From positions 3,224,001 to 3,288,000 of the forward strand of contig NW_027361759.1 of assembly GCF_039654945.1 (NCBI RefSeq): a DNA stretch of 64,000 nucleotides, read 5' to 3'. The position numbers were made by a program, and so were the translations under genes. Origin of the DNA: Dendrobates tinctorius. Taxonomy: Eukaryota. Within the stretch, counting starts at the first letter, position 1. Every line of letters begins with the position of its first letter. A model generated the notes under the pieces. It did not search any database and was not told the DNA's origin. It saw nothing but the letters and a program-made list of their open reading frames with translations. Shown piece after piece: positions 26,097 to 37,317 of this stretch.

Positions 26097-27703
26097 CAGT
26101 GGGGAAAAAAAGTATTTAGTCAGTCAGCAATAGTGCAAGTTCCACCACTTAAAAAGATGAGAGGCGTCTGTAATTTACATCATAGGTAGACCTCAACTAT
26201 GGGAGACAAACTGAGAAAAAAAATCCAGAAAATCACATTGTCTGTTTTTTTTTTAATTTTATTTGCATATTATGGTGGAAAATAAGTATTTGGTCAGAAA
26301 CAAGCAATCAAGATTTCTGGCTCTCACAGACCTGTAACTTCTTCTTTAAGAGTCTCCTCTTTCCTCCACTCATTACCTGTAGTAATGGCACCTGTTTAAA
26401 CTTGTTATCAGTATAAAAAGACACCTGTGCACACCCTCAAACAGTCTGACTCCAAACTCCACTATGGTGAAGACCAAAGAGCTGTCAAAGGACACCAGAA
26501 ACAAAATTGTAGCCCTGCACCAGGCTGGGAAGACTGAATCTGCAATAGCCAACCAGCTTGGAGTGAAGAAATCAACTGTGGGAGCAATAATTAGAAAATG
26601 GAAGACATACAAGACCACTGATAATCTCCCTCGATCTGGTGCTCCACGCAGAATCCCACCCCGTGGGGTCAGAATGATCACAAGAACGGTGAGCAAAAAT
26701 CCCAGAACCACGCGGGGGGACCTAGTGAATGAACTGCAGAGAGCTGGGACCAATGTAACAAGGCCTACCATAAGTAACACACTACGCCACCATGGACTCA
26801 GATCCTGCAGTGCCAGACGTGTCCCATTGCTTAAGTCTGTACATGTCCAGGCCCGTCTGAAGTTTGCTAGAGAGCATTTGGATGATCCAGAGGAGTTTTG
26901 GGAGAATGTCCTATGGTCTGATGAAACCAAACTGGAACTGTTTGGTAGAAACACAACTTGTCGTGTTTGGAGGAAAAAGAATACTGAGTTGCATCCATCA
27001 AACACCATACCTACTGTAAAGCATGGTGGTGGAAACATCATGCTTTGGGGCTGTTTCTCTGCAAAGGGGCCAGGACGACTGATCCGGGTACATGAAAGAA
27101 TGAATGGGGCCATGTATCGTGAGATTTTGAGTGCAAACCTCCTTCCATCAGCAAGGGCATTGAAGATGAAACGTGGCTGGGTCTTTCAACATGACAATGA
27201 TCCAAAGCACACCGCCAGGGCAACGAAGGAGTGGCTTCGTAAGAAGCATTTCAAGGTCCTGGAGTGGCCTAGCCAGTCTCCAGATCTCAACCCTATAGAA
27301 AACCTTTGGAGGGAGTTGAAAGTCCGTGTTGCCAAGCGAAAAGCCAAAAACATCACTGCTCTAGAGGAGATCTGCATGGAGGAATGGGCCAACATACCAA
27401 CAACAGTGTGTGGCAACCTTGTGAAGACTTACAGAAAACGTTTGACCTCTGTCATTGCCAACAAAGGATATATCACAAAGTATTGAGATGAAATTTTGTT
27501 TCTGACCAAATACTTATTTTCCACCATAATATGCAAATAAAATGAAAAAAAAAACAGACAATGTGATTTTCTGGATTTTTTTTTCTCAGTTTGTCTCCAA
27601 TAGTTGAGGTCTACCTATGATGTAAATTACAGACGCCTCTCATCTTTTTAAGTGGTGGAACTTGCACTATTGCTGACTGACTAAATACTTTTTTTCCCCA
27701 CTG
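26097..27703 (+). mobile_element. Full-length Tc1 (DD34E) transposon, copy 1
   Basis: ~200-bp TIRs starting CAGTGGGGAAAAAAAGTATTTAGTCAG; TA TSD; intact transposase. Confidence 0.97.
26464..27486 (+). CDS. Tc1 transposase, 340 aa, DD34E
   Basis: [15 protein letters not shown] and SPDLNPIE with 34 residues between the second D and E; paired-like HTH N-terminus. Confidence 0.96.
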   Translation: MVKTKELSKDTRNKIVALHQAGKTESAIANQLGVKKSTVGAIIRKWKTYKTTDNLPRSGAPRRIPPRGVRMITRTVSKNPRTTRGDLVNELQRAGTNVTRPTISNTLRHHGLRSCSARRVPLLKSVHVQARLKFAREHLDDPEEFWENVLWSDETKLELFGRNTTCRVWRKKNTELHPSNTIPTVKHGGGNIMLWGCFSAKGPGRLIRVHERMNGAMYREILSANLLPSARALKMKRGWVFQHDNDPKHTARATKEWLRKKHFKVLEWPSQSPDLNPIENLWRELKVRVAKRKAKNITALEEICMEEWANIPTTVCGNLVKTYRKRLTSVIANKGYITKY

Positions 27704-27713
27704 TATATGTGTG

Positions 27714-27747
<34 letters not shown>

Positions 27748-27773
27748 CAAATTTGAAATGCCTGGCTTCCTAA

Positions 27774-28251
27774 GGTTAGTTTCACATTTGCGCCTTATAG
27801 CGCAGCGACGGCCTGCGCATGGTCGCCGCTGAGCCCCGCCCTCTGCCGGCTCCCTGCCCGCCCCATCCGGTCATCGCCGCCTACTAGCGCACATAGGCGC
27901 TTGCGATCTGCGCACCCTATCTTTAGCATAGGGTGCGCTGGACGTGCGCTAGCAGGATTTTGCCATGCGCTGTGCACTTTTGAAGGTGCGCCGTGCGCGC
28001 CGAAATGCAACATGCTGCGTTCGGCGCACACGGGCGCACCTTCAAAAGTGCGCAGCGCACGGCAAAATCCTGCTAGCGCACGATCTGCGCACCCTATGCT
28101 AAAGATAGGGTGCGCAGATCGCAAGCGCCCATGTGCACTAGTAGGCGGCGATGACCGGATGGGGCGGGCAGGGAGCCGGCAGGGGGCGGGGCTTAGCTGC
28201 GGCCATGCGCAGGCCGTCGCTGCACTATAAAGCGCAAATGTGAAATTAGCC
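27774..28251. mobile_element. GC-rich fold-back Harbinger-type MITE (478 bp)
   Basis: GGTTAGTTTCACATTTGCGC / GCGCAAATGTGAAATTAGCC termini; almost the whole element is self-complementary; flanks TAA/TTA. Confidence 0.9.
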
Positions 28252-28362
28252 TTAATTGTATTTTTTTGCAGATGCATATGAATACAATACCTGTATGCAA
28301 GTTTCCCCAGATTTGTCAGTTAAAACTATTTCTGTAACATCAGAGCCGCATGATAGCATTAA

Positions 28363-29461
28363 GGGTACGTGCACACGTTGCAGATTTGCCTGCAGAATTT
28401 TCTGCACGGAATCTGCATCTCTTGGCAGAAAACGCAGGTAAAAATCCACGCAGTTTTTTTTGTGGATTTTGTGCGGATTCTTTGCGGATTGGCATGCGTT
28501 TTTAGCCCTGTGGATTTCATTAATTCAATGGATGTAAAACGCATGTGGATCCGCAAAAAGAATTGACATGCTGCGGAAAATAAACCGCTACGGATTCTGT
28601 GCGGAATTTTCCGCAGCATGTGCACAGCAGTTTTTTTTTCCCCATTGGTTAAAATTGTTTGTTTACACACTTGCGGATCTGCAGCAATTCTACACTTAAA
28701 ATCTGCTACGGATCCGCAGCAAATCCGCAACGTGTGTACACATCCTAAGGGTATGTGCACACATTGCAGATTTGCCTGCAGAATTTTCTGCACAGAATCT
28801 GCATCATTTGGCAGAAAATGGAGGTAAAAATCCAAGTGTTTTTTGTGCGGATTTTCATGCTTTTTTTACTGCGGATTTGTCTGCGTTTTTGTAAGCTAAA
28901 TATATATTATTTAACAAAAAAAGAACTGTGATGTCTCTTTGTCCAACCTCTTATTTTACATATTCCATTGAAGAATAATGTTTACACACACAGATATATC
29001 TATAGCTATATCTATCTATCTAGATACAAAAAAAGTTGAGGCAGCACACCAAATATAAGGTTACAAAGTGCTCTTTAATAGCCCATGTGGCTTCGTTTCG
29101 ATCCTGGGTGCAGACCTTTCTCAAGCCCACACACTTCCCTCCTCCCGATCTGCAGCGTTTCTCGCATCCACATCCGCAGCAAATCCACAGATCTTTTTTG
29201 TATGTGCGGTTTTGCTGCGAATGTGCCTGACTGCATGGAAGTCAATGGGTGCAGAAACACTGCAGATCCGCAAAAAGAATTGACCTGCTGCGGAAAAAAA
29301 CGCTGTGTTTCTGCTCGGATTTTTTCTCAGCATGTGCTCAACAAATCTCCATGTCCCATAGATTAACAGTGGCTGTGCACTACACTGCGGATTTGAATCG
29401 AATCCGTGCAGCCAAAATCGCTGTGGATCCGCATCTAAATCGGCAACGTGTGCACACAGCC
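28363..29461. mobile_element. Two tandem Harbinger-type MITEs (28363-28745 and 28749-29461) sharing a TAA
   Basis: Both start GGGTA.GTGCACAC.TTGCAGATTTGCCTGCAG and end GCAACGTGTG.ACA..CC|TAA. Confidence 0.8.
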
Positions 29462-29590
29462 TAACAAGTTATGGTAAAAATAGCAGGATTATTGAGACTG
29501 TGATGTAATGTCAGTGTTTCCATATGGGAATTAACCCCTTCACATCCTTAGGATTTTTTGTTTTCTGCTCATTTTCTTCCCAGAGCCTTA

Positions 29591-30525
29591 GGCTGGGTTC
29601 ACGCGTAGCGGAACTCTTGCGGAAATTAACGCGAGAATTCCAGAATTCCATTCCGCGGGAAAATCGCATTTTAAATTCCCGCGATTTTCCCACGGAAAAA
29701 CTAGCATTTTGCAAGCGTAATTAGCTTGCAGAATTGCTAGCGTTTTCCAAGCGATCTGTAGCATCGCTTGGAGAACTGATTGACAGGTTGGTCACACTCG
29801 TCAAACATAGTGTTTGACGAGTGTGACCAACTTTTTACTATTGAGGCCGCCTATGCGGCATCAATAGTAAGAGATAGAATGTAAATAATAATAATAAAAA
29901 AAATATATTGTTATTCTCACGTTCCGACGTCCTGCGCTGCCTTCCCGCCTCTCTCCACGCTCCCGGTCCCAGTAATCCTTTGCGACAATTACCGCGATGA
30001 CGTCCGTTCTCGCGGGATCGCAACGTCTTGCGGTCATTCGCGATGACCGCGAGAACGGACGTCATCGCTCGCAAAGGCTTACTGGGACCGGGAGCGTGGA
30101 GAGAGGCGGGAAGGCTGCGCAGGACGTCGGAAGATGAGAATAACAATATTTTATATTTTAAATTCTGTTTTTTACAGGGATATGGTACCCAGAGCCCGGA
30201 GGATAGTCTCCTCTCCTCCGGACCGTGGGTACCATCTGCAAATGTTCTGCTTACTTTTCGCATGGTGTGCACAGCCACATGCGGAAAGTAAGCAGAACAA
30301 TGCATTCCTATGGGTGCGGGATCGCCGCAATTCCGCGAAATTAATGAGCATGCTGCGTTTTTTACCGCTAAGCAATTCCGCCACGGTAAAAACCGCAGCA
30401 TTAGCACAGCATTGCGGAATCCCATAGGAATGCATGGGATGCTTATTTTTCACGTTTTTGCGTCAAAATCGCGCGGTTAAAACCGCTGCAGAAACGCGAA
30501 AAAAACGCCACGTGTGAACTCAGCC
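29591..30525 (+). mobile_element. Harbinger-type MITE family 1
   Basis: GGCTGGGTTCAC / GTGAACTCAGCC termini; TTA TSD. Confidence 0.88.
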
Positions 30526-31336
30526 TTAATGTTTTTATATTTTTCCTTCAATGTGTGGGCTTGTTTTTTGCAGGATGAGTTGTACTTTTGAATGACACCA
30601 TTGGTTTAACCATATATACTTTATTGTACTGGAAAACGGGAAAGAAATTGCAAAAAAAAGTGCAATTCAACAATTTTTTTATTTTTTTTTTACCATGTTC
30701 ACTAAATGCTAAAACTGACCTGCTATTATGATTCTCCGTGTCATTTTTTTTAAAGTAGTGTAAAAAAAAGCTCCAATTTCTGAGACCTGTTGCGTCTTCA
30801 TTTTTCCATTCTTCGGAATCTGGGGCTTATTTTTTTGCGCGCCGAGCTGACGTTTTTATTGATATCATTTTTTTTTTTTTTTAGATACGATGTATTGATC
30901 ACCTGTTAATGCATTTTAGACATTGCCTCAACCAAAAAAAGGTAATTCTGGTGGGGGGTTTTTAAAAAATGTTTTCACTTTTTTTGCACCATTTACATAT
31001 CAGATTAATTTAGCTTATATTTAGATAAATTGGACATTTCTGAACACATTCCCAAATGTGTATTTTTTTTTGTTTTGTGTTGGGCAAAAGGGGGGCGATT
31101 TGAACTTTTATTTTTTTAATTTTTTAAATATTTTTTCAAACATTATTTTTCTATTGTTTAACTTGCGTCGATAGTTTCCTTAGGAGTCTTGAAGCTGCGA
31201 TCATCTGAACGCTTGTGCTACACATTGTAGGGTATCAGACCATCTATAATATAATGCTAGGAGCGTCACTCTGTCCGAAGCCTTTATAGACTGCACAAGC
31301 GCGACATGCCTGCGCAGTCTGGACCCCACAGAGTAA

Positions 31337-31822
31337 GGCCGGTTTCACATTAGCGCTTTTTAAGCGCACGCACGGCCGGGGGTAGCTCCGCCCCCGAGCC
31401 GGCTCTCTGCCCGGCGTGCCCGCCCCTTGCTTATAGCGCCGCCTCCTAGCGGACAGCGGCGCCTGCGATCGGCGCACCCTATCTTTAGCATATCGTGCGC
31501 AGGCCGTGCGCTAGTTGCGCTTTGACCTGCGCTGCGCACTTTTGACGGTGCGCCGTGCGCGCCAAAATCGAACTTTCGGATTTTGGCGCGCACGGCGCAC
31601 CGTCAGAAGTGCGCAGCGCAGGTCAAAGCGCAACTAGCGCACGGCCTGCGCACGATCTGCGCACCCTATGCTAAAGATAGGGTGCGCCGATCGCAGGCGC
31701 CGCTGTCCGCTAGGAGGCGGCGCTATAAGCAAGGGGAGGGCACGCCGGGCAGAGAGCCGGCTCGGGGGCGGAGCTACCCCCGCCCGTGCGTGCGCTTAAA
31801 AAGCGCTAATGTGAAACCGGCC
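31337..31822. mobile_element. Near-perfect palindromic MITE (486 bp)
   Basis: GGCCGGTTTCACATTAGCGC...GCGCTAATGTGAAACCGGCC; TAA TSD. Confidence 0.92.
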
Positions 31823-31904
31823 TAACGCATCCAGGGATGAGAAGTGTGGCCCAGGAGATCGCGGTATGCATAAGCACTGAACGTATCTCCGGCACAACAA
31901 CTTA

Positions 31905-32402
31905 GGCTGGTTTCACATTAGCGCATTTTCAGCGCGCGCACGGCCGGGGGTAGCTCCGCCCCCGAGCCGGCTCTCTGCCCGGCGTGCCCGCCCCTTGCTT
32001 GTAGCGCCGCCTACTAGCGGACAGCGGCGCCTGCGATCGGCGCACCCTATCTTTAGCATAGGGTGCGCAGATCGTGCGCAGGCCGTGCGCTAGTTGCGCT
32101 TTGACCTGTGCTGCGCACTTTTGACGGTGCGCCGTGCGCGCCAAAATCAAACTTTTCGGATTTTGGCGCGCACGGCGCACCGTCAAAAGTGCGCAGCACA
32201 GGTCAAAGCGCAACTAGCGCACGGCCTGCGCACGATCTGCGCACCCTATGCTAAAGATAGGGTGCGCCGATCGCAGGCGCCGCTGTCCGCTAGTAGGCGG
32301 TGCTACAAGCAAGGGGCGGGCACGCCGGGCAGAGAGCCGGCTCGGGGGCGGAGCTACCCCCGGCCGTGCGCACGCTGAAAATGCGCTAATGTGAAACCAG
32401 CC
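31905..32402. mobile_element. Near-perfect palindromic MITE (498 bp), same family
   Basis: GGCTGGTTTCACATTAGCGC...GCGCTAATGTGAAACCAGCC; flanks TTA/TCA. Confidence 0.92.
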
Positions 32403-32902
32403 TCAACGATCCGATATTGCGGCTGGGTCTCGCCGTGATGTCAGGAGATGGTGAGTTGTGGCACCGGAATCGGCGCCTGTGCAGTCCGCTGTTTCCGGCC
32501 CCATTTTGATGAAGACACACTGCTTTGTGTCTTCAAGAAAATGGTGCCGGAAAGCGCGGACTGCGCAGGCGCCGATTTCAGAGGCACAATCCCGCCCTCT
32601 CCTGACATCTCGGCACAACAACTTACCGATCCGGTATTGCCGCGGGATCTCGCCGCCCTCTCCTGACATCATGGCAAGAACCCGGGGCAATATCAGTGTC
32701 TTAAAAAAAATGGCGCCGGACAGCGCGGCCTGCACAGGCGCTGATTCCGGTGCCACAGTGTACCCATGCCCCCTCTGCTGACATCAATGATTTATTTGAA
32801 TATGCAACTGCTGCCCACAATTCACCCCCATTTTAAAAACACAAGATTTTTGCGCCATACAGTGCCTCCGGTGTCTGTCTTAAAAACAAATCTGGTACTA
32901 TA

Positions 32903-34123
32903 CACTCACTGGCCACTTTATTAGGTACACCATGCTAGTAAGGGGTTGGACCCCCTTTTGCCTTCAGAACTGCCTCAATTCTTCGTGGCAGAGATTCACC
33001 AAGGTGCTGAAAGCATTCCTCAGAGATTTTGGACCATATTGACATGATGGCATCACACAGTTGGCGCAGATTTGTCGGCTGCACATCCCTGATGCAAATC
33101 TCCCGTTCCACCACATCCCAAAGATGCTCTATTGGATTGAGATCTGGTGACTGAGGAGGCCATTTGAGTACAGTAAACTCATTGTCATGTTCAAGAAACC
33201 AATCTGAGATGATTCGAGCTTTATGACATGGCGCATTATCCTGCTGAAAGTAGCCATCAGATGTTGGGTACATTGTGGTCATAAAGGGATGGACATGGTC
33301 AGCAACAATACTCAGGTAGGCTGTGGCGTTGCAACGATGCTCAATTGGTACCAAGGGGCCCAAAGAGTGCCCAGAAAAAATTCCCCACACCATGACACCA
33401 CCACCACCAGCCTGAACCGTTGATACAAGGCAGGATGGATCCATGCTTTCATGTTGTTTACGCCAAATTCTGACCCTACCATCCGAATGTCGCAGCAGAA
33501 ATCGAGACTCATCAGACCAGGCAACGTTTTTCCAATCTTCTACTGTCCAATTTCGATGAGCTTGTGCAAATTGTAGCCTCAGTTTCCTGTTCTTAGCTGA
33601 GAGGAGTGGTACCCAGTGTGGTCTTCTGCTGCTGTAGCCCATCTGCCTCAAAGTTCGACGCACTGTGCATTCAGAGATGCTCTTCTGCCTACCTTGGTTG
33701 TAACAGGTGGCAATTTGAGTCACTGTTGCCTTTCTATCAGCTCGAACCAGTCTGCCCATTCTCCTCTGACCTCTGGCATCAACATGGCATTTCCGGCCAC
33801 AGAACTGCCGCTCACTGTTTTTTTTTTCTTTTTCGGACCATTCTCTGTAAACCCTAGAGATGGTTGTGCGTGAAAATCCCAGTAGATCAGCAGTTTCTGA
33901 AATTCTCAGACCAGCCCTTCTGGCACCAACAATCATGCCACGTTCAAAGGCACTCAAATCACCTTTCTTCCCCATACTGATGCTCGGTTTGAACTGCAGG
34001 AGATTGTCTTGACCATGTCTACATGCCTAAATGCACTGAGTTGCCGCCATGTGATTGGCTGATTAGAAATTAAGTCTTAACACACAGTTGGACAGGTGTA
34101 CCTAATAAAGTGGCCAGTGAGTG
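32903..34123 (-). mobile_element. Full-length DD36E (Incomer-type) Tc1/mariner transposon, 1221 bp
   Basis: Perfect 29-bp TIRs CACTCACTGGCCACTTTATTAGGTACACC; TA TSD; intact ORF. Confidence 0.95.
32935..33975 (-). CDS. DD36E transposase, 346 aa
   Basis: [14 protein letters not shown] and SPDLNPIE; I count 36 residues between the second D and E. Confidence 0.95.
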   Translation of the reverse strand: MGKKGDLSAFERGMIVGARRAGLRISETADLLGFSRTTISRVYREWSEKEKKNSERQFCGRKCHVDARGQRRMGRLVRADRKATVTQIATCYNQGRQKSISECTVRRTLRQMGYSSRRPHWVPLLSAKNRKLRLQFAQAHRNWTVEDWKNVAWSDESRFLLRHSDGRVRIWRKQHESMDPSCLVSTVQAGGGGVMVWGIFSGHSLGPLVPIEHRCNATAYLSIVADHVHPFMTTMYPTSDGYFQQDNAPCHKARIISDWFLEHDNEFTVLKWPPQSPDLNPIEHLWDVVEREICIRDVQPTNLRQLCDAIMSIWSKISEECFQHLGESLPRRIEAVLKAKGGPTPY

Positions 34124-34252
34124 TATATACACATATATAGTACACACTTCGCCGCCATTTGAAAAACACAAGATTTTTGCACCACACAGTGCCTCCGGTC
34201 TCTGTCCTAAAAAGAAAAAAAAAAAAATTGGGACTATATATAGTACACATAT

Positions 34253-34400
34253 ATCGATAAGTATTATAGAATAGGGGCGCAGGATGGGAGCAGCACATGA
34301 CAGAATAGGGGCGCAGGATGGGAGCAGCACATACCAGGATGGAGACCATATACCAATATAAATGCTCGCCACCTGGGCGTAGAACGGGTTCAGTAGCTAG
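34253..34400 (+). mobile_element. Short Helitron-like 3' end
   Basis: Imperfect hairpin CCTG..CGGG followed by TAGCTAG|T; preceded by two 33-bp repeats. Confidence 0.5.
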
Positions 34401-34981
34401 TCTATATATAACATAAATGAACAACTCATATGAAAGCCGGCCAATGGCCAGCATTCATAGGAGATCTTCAGGTACAAGCACAGGGGTCTACTGCACACCC
34501 CCAGCCATCATGCCAATCCATCATCGCCCCCCGAGATCATGTGCGAGGGGTGCTAATGGGCGGGGTTTGTGACGCACTTCCGGTAAGCGCGAGTTAAATT
34601 ACTCTGTCAGAGATTGACAGCGTCATTTAATATGTTAACAGCCGCGGGTAGATCGCGATTCCACGCACAGCTGTTCCTGAAAATACTGGCACACGACCTA
34701 CGATGTCCCTATACATCACAGGTTGTGAAGGGGCTAAGGTTGGGGTGGGCTGGCATAGAAAAATCAAATTCCTGCTACTTGCACACCTCGAAGTCCTTTA
34801 TCATGCCTTTATTTCAAAATCCAAGAAGTATCATTTCTCCTTGCGGAGAATGACATGCTAAGCATGTCGAGACGAGGAGACTTAAAGCCGCAATGCTCCT
34901 CTGGGAAATATGCTAATTATGCAAATTGTCTCTTCAGAGAGGAAGAGGACTAGAACTCTAGTGCCACCTAGTGAATCTCAA

Positions 34982-35026
34982 TTTGCAGACACTGTATTTC
35001 GGGGTATTGCCCCTCGTCAGTGCAAA
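34982..35026 (-). ncRNA. Type I hammerhead ribozyme motif
   Basis: Minus strand reads TTTGCA-CTGACGA-GGGG-CAATA-CCCC-GAAA-TACAGTG-TC-TGCAAA. Confidence 0.8.
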
Positions 35027-35090
35027 GTGTGAGATCTGGTTTGGCTGTGAGAGAGGCGTCTGACCGATATCCAAGAAGTATAATTTCTCC

Positions 35091-35135
35091 TTTGCACTGA
35101 TGAGGGGCAGTACCCTGAAACACAGTGTCTGCAAA
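35091..35135 (+). ncRNA. Type I hammerhead ribozyme motif
   Basis: TTTGCA-CTGATGA-GGGG-CAGTA-CCCT-GAAA-CACAGTG-TC-TGCAAA, with a G-U pair at the base of stem II. Confidence 0.8.
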
Positions 35136-35164
35136 TTGAGATTCTGACTTGGCTTTTATCCTAA

Positions 35165-35530
35165 AGGCCCTTTTACATTTAGCGATGCACCAGCGATCCG
35201 ACCCGGTCAGGATCGCTGGTGCATCGCTAAATGATCGCTAGTGAGCTGTCACACAGGCAGACCTCACAGCGATGCAGCAGCGACACAGCACACGATACTC
35301 ACCTTCACACACAGCGATTCTGACGTCCTCCCGCCCGCCTCCACGCGTCGCTCGTCGTCACAGCAGGAAGCTGACGACGAGAAATGGAGCCGGACGTTCT
35401 CGCGCGATCAGCGATGGACAGCGGGGGAGCCGGTCGGAGGTAAGTATCACACATGGCGATATTGCTAGCGATATCGCTATATCGTCACAAAATCGGTGAC
35501 ATAGCGATATCGCTATGTGTAAAACCCCTT
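35165..35530. mobile_element. MITE inserted into the retrozyme-like element
   Basis: TAA duplicated at the insertion point (uninterrupted unit reads TTTTATCTTAAGTCATG at ~56790); TTTTACA..TAGCGAT / ATCGCTA.GTGTAAAA inverted ends. Confidence 0.8.
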
Positions 35531-36973
35531 TAAGTCATGTAACAAGGCTCGTTAAAGGGTCGACATTGACTTTTAGGATGGCTACTTCCAATAGTTGCCA
35601 TGAGAGTTCTAGTCCTCTTCCTCTCGAAAGAGACTATTTGCATAATTAGCTTATTTCAAAAGAGACAGCAGGGTTTGTAATGATCTGAAGATGTTATCTT
35701 TCAACTGGCAAAGCACAGAGTCTATAAAGTGTGCTTGTTTTCTGCACTAGGGAATGTGGACACATTTAAAGGGGGTTATCCAGGACTATTTTTTTTTTTT
35801 TTGCTGTAACTGCTGTAGCTGGTGTTGCTCTCCAGTGACATAGAACGGTCACTGACCGTTCCCTCCAGCACTTCAGCGGCTTCTCATCTGCTCTGCTCTG
35901 TTGATGAGGTGTCACTGCCTATGTCATGCTGATTGAGAGCCGGTTCTCCGCTGCATAACCGCGAGGAGCCAGATGTCAATCAGCATGATATTAGCAGTCA
36001 CGCCTCATTGGTACAGCAGCCCCAGAAAAAGAAGAGCTGCTCTATCAACGTACAGCAGCTGAATCACCCACAGGTGCGGTTGGTGACCACTCTGAGCTGG
36101 CATTGGGTAAAACAGGCAGGTAGTTGCTTCTGGTTGTCTGCCAGCACAGAATGACTGTTCAAACAAAATACAGGTGTTCGGTGCACCCTTGGCGTGGGCA
36201 AACATTTAAGTGCATTTTCCAATCTACAGTACTTGTCTTACCTCTATCCCCACATTTCTCTGGCTCTATAGAGCCAAATCTGCCAACCAAAGAAGAGGAG
36301 TTGGAGATAGAGATTAAAAAAAAAGTAGGTGGGAAGGCGCACTTAAATGTTTGGCTACTCCAAGGGTGCACCGAGCGCCATTAATAATTGTCGCATTCTA
36401 TGCTGACACTGCTTTTAAAGAAATTGGCTACGTTCTAGCCAAATTCCTAAGATGCACTAAACTGTTGTGTCTTATCACAAGGAACCATGAATATTCCCCA
36501 TCCAGTACATGCACTGATGCAGGAGATTCCGCAGCCTGTTTCTGCACCAGCGCAGAAATGGATCAAGACAGGAAAGCAGTCATGTTGTTATCTATTTTCA
36601 GTATTATTGGCAGAGGCATTGTTTCACCGCTGATCCATTGACAGCATTGTCCTTGAAACACAGGGCAGTGGTAAGCAATGGGAGTATGCATGACTGCTTA
36701 TGTCAGTATGCAAGAGTTTAGCGCATTTTGGACATCTGGCTAGCAAGTGACCTACCCATTTAATTTACAATTATTGGCCAGGATGCCTTCAATATATTTG
36801 TAGTGTGCTGCATCACATTCAGATTGCCTGTGCAGTGCACTGAAGAGGGACAATCACCCCGAAACAGACTGTAGATGAGTTTTTCCTTCTCTGGTCGCAA
36901 AGCTATTTAAAGGGAATCTGTTTACTAATCTGCAGGTAAATAGCCTTAAAACCCTGTGTAACCGGCTGACTTA

Positions 36974-37317
36974 GGGTATGTGCACATTGCAGATTCGTAT
37001 TCGTATGCGGAATTTTCCACGCGGATTCTGCTATTTTTGGCAGAATCCGCAGGTCAAAATCCACGCGTTTTACCTATGGATTTTGTGCAAATTTGGCCTG
37101 CGTTTTTACACCTACGGATTCCTATAATGGAATGGGTGTAAAAATCCGCACAAAGTATTGATATGCTGCGGAAAATAAACCGCTGCGTTTCAGCACGGAT
37201 TTTTGCGCTGCATGTGCACAGCGGGGTTTTTTTTCCATAGATTTACATTGTACTGTAAACCACTAGGAAAACTGCAGCGGATCCTCAGCAGCAAATCTGC
37301 AACGTATACACATACCC
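36974..37317. mobile_element. Harbinger-type MITE nested in a Kolobok/T2-like MITE (~36911-37668)
   Basis: GGGTATGTG...CACATACCC termini, TTA TSD; host starts TTAA|AGGGAATCTG. Confidence 0.8.

Larger units (their letters stand above)
29535..34734. mobile_element. Probable large TTAA-flanked non-autonomous element hosting nested MITEs, the DD36E element and a Helitron end
   Basis: TTAA|CCCCTTCACA at 29531 and TGTGAAGGGG|CTAA at ~34734; interior 30530-30800 is homologous to 25200-25500. That both ends belong to one element is inferred. Confidence 0.5.
34820..35650. mobile_element. Retrozyme-like (hammerhead-bearing) element: inverted left arm plus forward right arm
   Basis: 34820-35090 is the reverse complement of the 317-bp unit at 56497-56907; 35091-35650 is forward and interrupted by a MITE; flanked by the 11-bp direct repeat TTATTTCAAAA (34809-34819, 35651-35661). 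Confidence 0.8.

Noticed and set aside
26373-27113. 246-aa antisense ORF present twice (also 51751-52491)
   Set aside because: Shadow of the Tc1 transposase; duplicated only because the element is.
32828-34240. ~75-bp similar blocks on both sides of the DD36E element as a long TSD
   Set aside because: The copies are diverged and offset by ~30 bp from the right TIR; the true TSD is TA.
34555-34600. GC box plus CACTTCCG|GTAAG as TCEANC promoter and donor
   Set aside because: Lies in the terminal part of a TTAA-flanked repeat; not excluded, but unsupported.
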